Source: a virus
Lineage: Duplodnaviria; Heunggongvirae; Uroviricota; Caudoviricetes
Direction: 5' to 3' (one strand)
IMG/VR virus record: IMGVR_UViG_3300021400_001110
DNA length: 13,703 nt
Shown: piece by piece, positions 1 through 11,400 of the stretch
Position numbering within the stretch: the first letter of the stretch is position 1
Layout: each line of letters opens with the position of its first letter
Notes under the pieces: model-generated
The model's database searches: none
What the model was told of the DNA's origin: nothing
The model's input: the letters and a program-made list of their open reading frames with translations, nothing else
Position numbers and translations under genes: made by a program

Positions 1-1
1 C

Positions 2-3000
2 TTCAGTATGTAAATCCCAGTTAGGATTTTGTCCTGGAATTTCCTTTACCTTATACTTCCATTTAAGAGAATTATAAGTGTTTGTCTTCTTCATCAAGAA
101 AGCATCTACTACTTGTTTGTTCCATTGTTCTGAAGATATAGAATAACCTTTTTCTAGAGCATCTTTATCTTGATTCCATATAGACTCGTAGTAGATATCA
201 TCTTCATCAGGTTCGTCTTCTTTCTTTCTTTTCTTATATTGTGTATATTTTATAGTAGCCTCTTTTACTAAATCTTTATATTGGTACTATCTACCATCAA
301 TATCATAAACCATCATAATATTAAATCCAGGAGAAAGAACTGCTCCAAGTCCAGGATATTTTTTACGAATTGATTTATTAGTAATTATAGAAGCGAAAGT
401 GGAAAGAATATTACTGTATATATTAGCATCACTAAATGGAATCTTTAAATCATCAAGACTATGACTATTAGTAAGATTAAATCTTCTCTTTATTTGATTT
501 ATAATAGATTCAGCAAGTCCTGCTTGTCCTCTAGATGTACTTATATTATTTATAATAGTTCTACCTATAATATCATATAAAGCATCACGAGTTTGTTCAG
601 TAGGATTCTATTGATAAGCACTAATAGCTTCCATTTCAAGAGAAGATTCTTCTAAAGCAATCTAACCAAGAGCTTGATATATACCTCTTACATACTCATG
701 TAAACGTCCTCCTGCATCAAGTGCAGATATTACCTGAGAGAACTCAGTCATTTCAGCTTCATCAGCTTCATGGTCTGCATCCATTTGAATACCATAATAT
801 TCAGTTCCAAGAGTTATAGTATCAAGAGCCTCATTATTATAGAATCTATCAGCACTATTTCTATTACCAGCACCATTTTTAATAGCACTATTATTACATA
901 AATAGTCAATCATTAAAGTTTTAAGAGGTTGTTCATAATGTGTCTGATTGAGTTCTTTTACCTTAGCATTTTTTCCTTCCTCTGTAAGTATTGTAACATT
1001 ATTTACAAGATTAGCTACTACATAGTTAGAAGCCTCAGAATATTGAAGCTTAGCATCTCTGCCTTCTCCAATAAGAGATTCACTATTTATACCACCAAAT
1101 ACTTGATGTGCTTCATATATAGAAGACATTGTATGATAACCTTCTAGTCTCTTTGTAGAAATTATATGATTACTATCAGCATCAAAATAATGATACTTTC
1201 TTACAGGACCACTACCAATACCCTTATCATTTACTCTAATTTCATCAGTCCAATATACACCATCTTCATAACCAAAATCAACTATCTTATAATTGATTCC
1301 TTCTGGACCTTTATAATAGAGTGTATTTCCTCCAGTAAGATCATCAAAAGTTATTTCTCCATCTGGCTTATGTGCAGCATATAACAAAATATTACCAGTC
1401 TAAGCCCAAGGTTTATTAGCCATCTTTTTAAACATATTAAGCATATTAACTCTTGAACCTATAGATTGTTGCATCATATTATTAGTAATAGTATGTGCAG
1501 CAAATTTTACCAGAGATGCAGTCATATGTTGTTTATCATAATAATGCCATATAGGTTTTTTAACTGTTCCTACTTCGTTTTCTTGTAGTGACCAGTTTTC
1601 TAAAATAGAAGTAATTGGATTTATAAAAGCAGCACCATCATGTGAATCTACTGTACCGTCGTCTCCAGTGAAGTTAAATACATTAGCTTGTATATCGTCC
1701 ATTACAGCAAGACGCATTGTTCTTGGTATACCTCTCAAACTATTTTGAGTATAATATCTCATAGTAGCAGGTATAATAACATTACGTTTTAATTGTGCGC
1801 CTTGACCAAAAGCTTCTACTTCATACATTTTTCTATCTATAGCTTTCTTTACTTTATTTTTAGTAGCTACGTCAGTTATAGTATCAATAAGTTCGTAAGC
1901 TTCAAGTAAACTCATACTATCCCAAAATTCCTAGGGATCTATATTTTTTTCAAACGCTAATTTATTAATTGCCTCTTTAATATTAGCATCTTGGTCTTGC
2001 ACTAAATTAGATTCATTTTCAGGATTAAGTGCTGTTCTAATAACTTCGCTAGGTTTTATTCCTATTAAATGTTTATTTTTATGGTTAATTTCTGAACCTG
2101 TAAGAACCATACGTAGATTGTTTCCAAGGAGGCTATTCAACATGAAATATTTATCAAGTATAGGATTAAGTTCTACTTGAGTACCTTCTGGAAAAGCATT
2201 ATGTGCAGTAACAGCTTCATCATTAACTCTTGCTAGTGTTAAAGTTCCATCCCTCTGAATCCAATAGTTAGGAGATTCATCAAGTTTCTTGAGAGCTTTA
2301 GTAAATAAACTTTCTGGATCAGGATTACCCTTAAACATACCTATTCCAGAAATATTTATTTTATTCTTAAGTAATTGATTTAAAAATTTTCTCTTTTCAT
2401 CATTAAGTCTTTGTTTTATACCTTGTTTAGTATAAACATTCATTGCATAATGATATAAAGACTCATTGAAAGATAAATATTGTTTCTTATTTCTTTTTCT
2501 ATGCTTGTTATATCTAAAATGAGTGTCAGCAAGTATTTCAGATTTAACTTCCTTCTATTTAGCAAGAGCAATAAGTTCTTGCTCAGTATAGTTATTAAGA
2601 AGTCTATCTATCTTAAGAGTTAGCTGTTTTATTGCTATAGGATCATAAGACTTAATCTCTCCTATTTCATCAAATACATAAGCTTTATTTAAATCAGGAA
2701 CTAAGTCAAATATCTAAGCATAATCTTGTAAAACATTGCATAATACAGTTTGGTAAGCCTTACCTATACTTTCTATGTAAAGATTTTCAAGGTCACTGTT
2801 AGACATTAATGATAGGTCTTTTCCATTAAATATGGTACTTACCATATAATTAACGAATTTAGTCTTATCAGAGTATGTTGTAGGCTGTATTATTATATAT
2901 TTATCATCGTATGTTAAAGGAATTAAGAATTTATCTACAATAGCATGATAGAATAATTCTCCCTCCGTCATTGATTTTACCTATTTAGTAGTTCCATCTG

Positions 3001-5440
3001 CTAAACGAACATCAGTATCTATTACAGTTCCTTTTATAGCTTTAGGATTATTCATGAATAGGTTAGTATCTAAAGGTAACGCTGATGTTGAATCTTTTAT
3101 ACCTCTCTGATGTTGTGCATCTTTAATAATAGTATGTATATTAGAACCCATGAAAGCTAAACCATAGTTTGGAACACTATCTCCTGCTAAGTTTTTAGTA
3201 TTAGCTTTAGATATTTCTCCAGACATTATCTGTTTAATAGTTACGTAATCATTAGCCCATGTCTATGCATTACTAATGGTAATAAGATCAGGGCCAAATA
3301 CTCCAGCTTCCCATACAGTTTTCCATTCACTATCTGTAGGATCTATACCAAGAATAGAATCTTTAAATACCTTATTATCAAGAATAAATTTATCAAGTTG
3401 GCTAGAAGAATACTATCCATTTTCTACAGCACTTCTAAATTGAGAGTGTATATCTCTTACGACCATACCTCTAACAGCTGTAATAAGGGCTTCTAATGGA
3501 GATTTCTTAAAATTATTCTTAAACAATTCAAATTCTAAAAGCCCATCCTAATTTGATGTAAAGCTAGTTCCAGCAAAAAAGTCAGTAAATTCTAGTAACT
3601 TTATAAATATATCATCATTTCTATTATCAAGTAATGCCTATCTTTTAGCTTTAGTACTTATGTCTTTGTTTTTAAATAATGCTTCCACTGAAGTTTCTGC
3701 TCCACTAGCCTTGTCTCTTAAACTTACTTCTACACCTTTAGTTTCTGACCATTTGGTTAGAATTCCATAAGGATTTAATTCTGGAGTTACTTTAATTTCT
3801 AAAGTATAATTTCCAAAGTCTATAGAATAATGAGTATTACTTTTAGTAATGAATTTATACGGAATTTCTACATTTTCCATTACTTGATTACTATTATTAA
3901 TAGACCTAACCATATCAAAGAATTGCTTATTTGTCTAAAACTTCTTCTTTATAGTCGTTATATATTGATTTGAATTATAGTCAAATATAGTTTGAAGATA
4001 AGACATTTCTGTACTAGAACCTATTTGAGAGGCAAGACTTTCTACTAGAGGGTATCTATTAGTTAGTCCATTTATTCTATTATAAGCAGCTTCAATACCA
4101 AACAAAGAGTTATTTCCTTTAAATACATATTCATATACTGCATCAAATACCTTCATTTCATAAGGATTTACTATACCATCCAGTAAAGCATTTCTTACGG
4201 AATCATAATTATTTATAATAGTTAGAATTTCTCTAAATTTATTTACAGGATTCTAGTTAAAGGTAATTATAGCATTATATAATTCAGTTGTTTTATCATT
4301 TCTACCTATTAGTTGTTGTACTTTTCCAAACAAGCTTGTAAATGCTCCAAGATAATTAACAGGAGTTAGATAAGTATCATCAATAGGAATACTAGAGATA
4401 AGAAACTTAGAAAAATTTCCCATCTCTTTTAAAGCATCACGTACATCAATCTACCATCCATGTACACGATTTTCAGTATCCTTTCCAAATTTATACTTAT
4501 AAACTTCTTTACCGTCTTCATCAGTTTCAATTGGAAAATCTTGATTCTTATCTGAACTAATATAATCCCCAATAGCCTCTTTAGATAATTTGTCAAAATA
4601 AACGACTGATAAATAAGCATTAACTGCTTTAAATAAACTGTCATTATTATCCGTTTCTCCACTAAGACTATCCTACCATCCTTGTTCTATTTCATCTTCA
4701 AGGGTTCCTATCTTACTCTTATGTAATACTAAATTATAAAATCTATCAAGAGTATTTAGATAAGTTCCTACAGGATTATTACCTCTAAACATAGAGTTAG
4801 GAAGACCTTTAGCTAATCCAAGTTTATTTAAGTATCTATAAACTATACGATATTGGTCTCCCATAAATTTCATTATATTCTCATTAAGAGCCTTTTGACT
4901 ATCTACAATAGAACTATCTTTAAGAGTTTGTCCTATTCTAATAACTGTTGCTAATCCAAGTTCTCTTGTAAAATGAGTTTTAAAGTTTTCTCTTGCAGGT
5001 AGATTATTAGCATAGAAAGTATCTAATAACTTATTAAGTCTTTGAGCTTCTATCTATTCTCTGCTTGCTAGTTGTCCATCTATTACTGCACTTAAATCAA
5101 CTTCTTCCTCTCTAGTAATATTACCTTTTGGATACCATTCCAATTCAAGATTGTTTTTAAGCATTTCGTAATGCTTTCCTCCCTTTTTAAAATCTAGAGT
5201 AGGATTATTCTTAGCAGCGGCTTCAGCCAAATCAAGTACTTTCTTAATTTTTAAATCTATTGATTGTTTAAATTTCTCTGGAGATAAAGATTCTTCTTCA
5301 GATTTACTATGATTAGTATCATTAGCAAAAAAATCCATTAGTCCATGAAATACTTCTTCGAAATTTTGGAGTTCCAGAATCTCAGCTGGAACTCCAATTT
5401 CGTCTAATATCCCAAAATTTGGTAATTTACATTGTGACAT
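2..5440 (-). CDS. crAss-like virion-associated DNA-dependent RNA polymerase (single-subunit, two-barrel type; gene B), 3'-truncated, at least 1813 aa under code 15
   Basis: ATG at 5438-5440 (MSQCKLPNFG). Track ORFs 5054, 4673, 3935, 3638, 2981, 2714, 1931, 1400 and 662 share one frame (mod 3 = 2) and all end in TAG. The gaps contain only TAG (17 in total: 287, 608, 662, 1400, 1931, 2555, 2714, 2981, 3263, 3413, 3548, 3638, 3935, 4253, 4451, 4673, 5054), and the frame is open to the left edge. Motifs DSHDGAAFINP, GTVKKPI, LVKFAAH, YGIQMDADH..EMTEFSQVISAL, KIPFSDANIY and SIRKKYPGLGAVLSP resemble crAss-like RNAP. The catalytic DxDxD motif is not in the window. Confidence 0.8.
335..1648 (-). other. 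Conserved RNAP core region of gene B (first double-psi barrel and lead-in to the second)
   Basis: DSHDGAAFINP at 1616-1648, GIQMDADH...MTEFSQ at 734-793 and IRKKYPGLGAVL at 335-370. Recognised from recall of crAss-like RNAP sequences; the mapping to specific barrels is inferred. Confidence 0.6.
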
Positions 5441-5447
5441 ATTAACA
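5438..5447 (-). promoter_or_regulatory. Tight stop/start junction TGT-TAA-T-ATG, probable translational coupling, no Shine-Dalgarno
   Basis: TAA of gene A is at 5442-5444, a single T at 5441, and the ATG of gene B at 5438-5440. Upstream sequence AATACAAGCGATTGTTAAT has no GGAGG-like element, and there is an A at -3. Confidence 0.65.
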
Positions 5448-8400
5448 ATCGCTTGTATTTATTTGATTGATAAAATAATCTATTATATTTTCTAGAAGTG
5501 TAATATCATCATTATCAAGAATACCTTCATCTTCAAGAGTATTTCTTAAATCTTTCTTAATAGCCTATAGGTTTTCCTTAGAATAAGTAATTCCTTCATT
5601 CTAGTCCATCCACCCCATAAGAGCATCTGAATCATTATATTGTTCTTTATCCTATATAAAGTCTTGGAAGGCTTTATTTATTTCTTGTCCTTCAAATGAA
5701 CTAATTAAATTTTCTTGTTCTCTTCTTGTTCCGGGTACAGTACGTTTATTTACAACAATGCTTCCGCTATTATAAATTATATCAAACTTTTGACCTTTAT
5801 CATTAGTAATTGTAAAAGTAGTTCCATCTCCACTTGCTTCTGTTTCTACTATGTTTCCAATTTCTGGATATATATCATTCAAAGTATATATTTTATCAGA
5901 ATCTATTTTAACTACTAATTTGTTAAGGTCTCCAGTACCTTTTTCAAACATCTTTTTATTTAGTTCATTTAACTTCTTGTGAACAAAAGCTATAATATCA
6001 TCGTTATCTAAACCATCAAAATTCCATCTAGAAGGATCTAAACCAAAGTTTTTTACTTCTTCTAATATTGGAAGTTGAACGGTTTCTTCATGTTCTTCTA
6101 CTATAGTAGTATCAGAAGCTTTATCAAATGTAAATTCTAATATAGGATTACCTGGAATTACATCAGTTTTAAATAATTTTCTGTTAGTAGAACAAGCAGC
6201 TATCATATCTCTTGCACTTCCACCTGTCTTTAATAAAACTGGGTCTGAGAAGAATCCATATTTAAATGGGGCAAGAGTTTCTGCCTATTGACTTCCATCA
6301 AATTCATTATAATTCTTTTCAAATGCAACTCCATGGAACATAAGATTAAAGAAATTATCAATACGACAATCTTGATATACTACTTCTCCATCTTTATAAG
6401 TAAAACTATTCTATCCTATTACATCTCTCTAGATTGGAGATTCTTGTAATAATCCAGAAACTTCAGTTCCTCCTATATTAGCCTTTAAGAATTGGTCAAG
6501 TCCATCATAAGTAATTTCATCTTTTTTATTTTCATAATCAAGATATATATGATATAAAGCCTTGTCCCCTTCCCTATTTCTTCTGTTTTCAAATTCCTCT
6601 TGTCCAAAATGCATCTTACTATGCATATAAGAAGCAATCTTAGTAAGGATAAGAGTAAATGCTTTTACTTTATCTTGATTAGGAATAGGAATTGTTCCAC
6701 CTTCATCATTTATAATTAACTTCTTATCTTTAGCATTATTAACCCATTTTTCAGCCTCTTTATAATTGATAGCCTCATTAGGATTTAATGAAGTAGTATC
6801 AAATATACGATTAACTACATTATCAAACAAGTAGTTAAGCATGTTTTGATATTGTTCTGCTAAATCTGGATTAATAAATATTCCATTTACTTCATCAGGC
6901 TTGAATCTTTCTGGATGGTCTTTATAGTGTTTCTTATAATAAGGATTGTCATCTTTAAGTCCTTGTATCCTTCTTATCTAAGAACCAGTATTATCACTCC
7001 ATCCAACTCTAAATCTAGGAATATCTAAAGATTCATTAAACTCCATAAGTTTAAGAACTCTTCCAGCTTTATCTTTATCAGAATGATTTTCTAACCATCT
7101 CTTATATTCAGTAGTAGATATTACTGGGTCACGAGTATCTTCAGGTTTTCTACGTTCTTTTTGTAGAGCTTTATACATTTCTGCATCATCCTTAGCCATC
7201 TATATAAGCTGCTATCTTGTAATTCCTTCCTTATTTTGGAATTCATTCATAGCATTTATAAAACGGTTAAGATCAGCTCTAAAATTCCACATACCAGAGA
7301 GTATACGAATACTATTCGCAAATAGATTATTTGGGAAAGCAAACTCTTTATCTCCAGTATTTGAAGAATAAATATCTTTAAAACCTCCTCTATAGAGAGA
7401 ATGGAAAGAAACTCCAGCATTATCAAGTACTATCATTCTTACTTGAGCTTTAGATTCTATTCCTTTAGCTCTATTTTCTTGTTGTTCTATAAATAGTTTA
7501 CCTAATTGATCCTCTGCTAATGTATTATTATTAGACACAAATAATACCGCATGTCCAACTAAAGATGGATCTATTCCTGGAATAGGAGCAGTAATAATAT
7601 GTACAGGACTCACAACTGAATTTCCAGTTCTAGCATCAAATTCAGATACTATTTTCTTTAACTCCTCAGTTGTGTTAGTTTCACTGTTAAATTCATCAAT
7701 AACGTCATCATAAAGATTTTCAAGTCTTATTTTTCTCTTATCTTCAGCATTTGGAGAATTTTCATAACCATCAATATCTTTAACTTTTAACTATACAAGT
7801 TCTGTACGACCATTAAATTTAGGTTTATTTATTTTAATTTCCTAATCTTTACTTTCTACAAGATTTTTTAACTATTCTTCATAGTGTTTTATTTGTGCTT
7901 CTAAAGAAGCTTTCTCATCTGCAGATAGTTCTGGATTATCCAAAAGTTTTCTCCAAGTATCTGGGTTAGCCACAGCACCAAGAGTAATAATAGCCTTACC
8001 AAAAGGTGTATCTACTCTAGCTTGTATACTTATAACCTTACCTTTTATAAAGTCAAGTTCATTCTATTTAAGAGTTGTAAGTCCAGTGAGTTTATGCACA
8101 TCACTTTTATCTTCAGCTACTAAATAGAATTCAGCTTTCTTCAGAGAATCTTTAGGTAAGCGTCTACTTAAACTAGCAGGTAAATCATATAGATCTATGT
8201 TAAGGTCATATAAGAACAAACTCTTAACAAAGTTAAGATCTCTTACCAATTGTCTCTTTTCTTTACCTGTTGTTGCTATAGTTTCTCCATCAGAACCGAA
8301 TATTCCAATATCTCTTAAACCATTAGCTATCCATTCATTATGAGCACCTGTTTTAACATTTCCTATAAAAGCTACGTTACCATAAGCTCTATAACCAGTA

Positions 8401-11400
8401 GTTTTCTTTTCAAATTCCATTTTTTCAACTTTTTCAAGTTTTTCTTTTTCCTTGTCTGGAATATTTTTTGGGCCTTCTTCTTCTATAGGTTCTTCAGGTT
8501 CTTCTATAACTACTTCCTCAGGTTTTTCTTCTTCTTTTACACTATCTAAAATATTCTATATATAAGCAATTCTAGATTCTATAAAGTCTTGTATAACTCC
8601 TTCAGAAAGTCTTTCATACTTAGTAGTATATTCTTCTTTTATAGGATTTACTACATTAGTTAATTGATTATCTAATACAATGCTCCCTCTTCTGCTTCTT
8701 GAAATCATTGTATATAAGTCTCTCAAGAAATCAGTAGTTTGTTCTATACCTTGCTCATATTTAAATTTTCCATCAGCACCTTTTGTAAAGGCTCCTCCCC
8801 AATCAGAATCTATTATTACATAATCAAATTCAGCTCCTTGAACCTATTTTTTATCTAAGGATGTAAATACAGTTCCTGCTGGTAGATTAGATTGTATAAA
8901 GTTTATAAGGTCTTTATTATCTCCTATATAAGCAACACTTCCGCTAAGTCTTTGAAGATCGTTAGCAGTTATTTTAGATACTACTTTTTCTCCTTCTATA
9001 GTAGTTTCATTTTCAAAATAACTAAGCGGTAATTTATTCTTAAGATTTTCCAATATCTAGGGAAATACAGCATCTGTTGTTTCTTTAGATGAATTTCTCA
9101 TTCTATCTAACATTGAAACTAACTGATTTTGATTCTATACTTTCCAGATACTTTCATTTCTTAATGAAAAATTAAGTCTAGGAGTTCTATAAGCAAGTAA
9201 TGCTTCTCTATTTAAATTATATTCTGCACCTCTTTGATTTTCATCACCAAGTAAAGTAATTCTAACTCCAGCTTTTTTAGCCCAGTTAGCAATGATTTGT
9301 AACTTAGTAGTATCTATATGAGTTGCCTCATCAATTACTAAATGTTTAGGAGCGTCCTTTAATATATATTTAGATTCATCATCATTTAATATTTTTGGAG
9401 TCCACCCATCTAATCCTTTTCCTGTAGTAGCTTTTATTTCTCCAGTATATATAGCTTTAAGAAGATTTTCTACAGTAAGTCCTTTAGCTTTTGGAGCAAT
9501 TTCTTCAAGAGCCTTTAATTGATTATCTGTAGGTCCTGCCACCCAAGTATCTTCATCTTCATTTATAAGGTATTTAGCCTCAACACTAGTTTTTCCTCCA
9601 CCTCCAAGACCAGTAATAATTTCAGTATTCCACATTACAGGCATATTGAGCCCCTTAGCTTTTGCTAAATCTTGTAAAGTTTCAAGGGCTGTATTTACTA
9701 CTTCTGGTTTAGCAGCAAGAGCTTGACCAAGCTACATACCTGGAAGTTGAGTAGCAAGTGGTGCTATTTTAGGATTATCCTTTATAAATTGTAATTCTTT
9801 TCTAAGTTGTTCAGTAGGATCTAAAGCTATCAATGAAGTTAAATACATGAACTTATCATAAGCAGTAAGTTCTTGTAATTCTTCATCAATATTAGATGTA
9901 ATACCTGTAAGTATTTCATCATCTTGATTAAGATGTGCAAGTAAACTCTTAAATATATCTTTTAAATCTCTTCCTTCAGCAATAGCTTTCTAAACGTTAT
10001 CATGGAACTATTTTTCAAGTAAATAAAGAGCATTAGGATCATTTACATCCACAAGACTATCCTATAGGAATTCGCTAGAAGACATACTTCCACTCAAGAA
10101 TCTAAGTCTAGCATTATTAAGGGCCTCAGCAGAACGCTTCAAACTTGCTGTACTATTAGCTTGATTTTCCCTAGATAATTGAATCCATTGATTAATTTCC
10201 TATTTATAACCATTAAGAGCAGATACAAGTTGTCCTCCAATTTTTTCATCCATTTCAAACAAAGGTTCAAAATTCTTAAAGAACTCAGAACCAGTTTGTC
10301 TTCCTTGATGATCAGCATGGAACTTATTTACTGCTTTATTATAAGTCATTCCATCCATAAGTCCAGATTCTCTAGAAGAAGCAGCTACCATAGCAGTAGT
10401 AATATCTATAAGTTTCTTAGCTTCTTCTAAATATTTGATTTGGTCTCCAGAAAGAATGAAATCAGTAGATTTCTCCTTATCCATAAATTGTTGCATTATA
10501 GATTCAAGAGCTTTTTCTACCTCTACTGCACTACCTCCAATTTTTGGAGCTAATTCTCTTACAAGTTCTACAGCAGGATTCTCTTCAATTGATAGTCTAT
10601 CTTCAAGATCCTTTGCGGCTTTTAAATCTGCATCAGTTTGAAAGTCTTTATTTAATTTCTATAGAAGTGGTTCTAATTTATTTAAAGATTCTTCTGTAAT
10701 TTCATTAACACGTCTGTTAAATTCTTCTTCATCCCAAACCTGGTATTCTTTCTATCCTAATTTATCAAGTTGTTTCTTAAGTTCTGCTTGTTTATCTGGA
10801 TCAGCTTCTCCCATATATTGAGTATATAACTCATCATATTTCTAAGCATCCTATATAAAATCAAAATTACCCTCTATACCAGTAGCATCTTCGAACATAG
10901 CAGCAAGCTATTCTTGAACAGAATAGTCTTCCCAACCTTCTCTATTTAAATTCTTCATTACCTCTTCAAGAGTAAATTTAGGTTTTGAAGTTAATTGAGA
11001 ATAAAAACTAGTAAGTCCAGAATAATCATTTGTTCCAAGATAATTTAAAAAGTCTTCCCCAATAGTTTTTTCAAACTTAATTCTAAGAGATTCTCTAACC
11101 TTATTTATAAGTTCATCATAGTTTTCTGCATTCTTTAGTAATTCTTTATTAACAGCAGTTCCTACTCTTCTTGCTATAAGTCTATCTTTTATTTGATTTT
11201 GAGTTTCTCCGAGATAAGCCATTAAATAACGACGTGTACTCTAATCAATAAAAGTAGCTGGTTTAGACATTCCTGTTGTAGTGTCATAATCAAAAGTTTT
11301 AGACTCATCTAAAACAGCCTATAATTTTTGTATTTTAAGACGGGCATTATGTTCTGCAACGGTCATCTATCTCTCTTTAAGTCTTTTAGCAAAATCAATT

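Noticed and set aside
770-793. MDADH as the RNAP catalytic DxDxD motif
   Set aside because: It has only two aspartates in the pattern. The metal-binding motif is expected further C-terminal, beyond the left edge of the window.
929-1384. Plus-strand ORFs 929-1147 and 1166-1384
   Set aside because: Ile/Phe/Ser-rich antisense shadows of the RNAP core with no protein-like features.
4429-4662. Minus-strand alternative-frame ORF (77 aa)
   Set aside because: Lies entirely inside gene B in another frame, with the Leu/Ile/Lys/Met composition typical of off-frame reading.
5054-5440. 128-aa code-11 product of gene B as a deliberate early protein
   Set aside because: At about 1 TAG per 107 codons in gene B, a first TAG at codon 129 is expected by chance.
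5715-5918. Plus-strand ORF (67 aa)
   Set aside because: Antisense shadow of gene A.
8340-8549. Plus-strand Phe-rich ORF that looks like a membrane protein
   Set aside because: It is the reverse complement of the GAA/AAA-rich E/K linker, so the hydrophobicity is an artefact.
10179-10641. Plus-strand ORFs 10179-10430 and 10435-10641
   Set aside because: Antisense shadows of gene A with Ser/Phe-rich composition.
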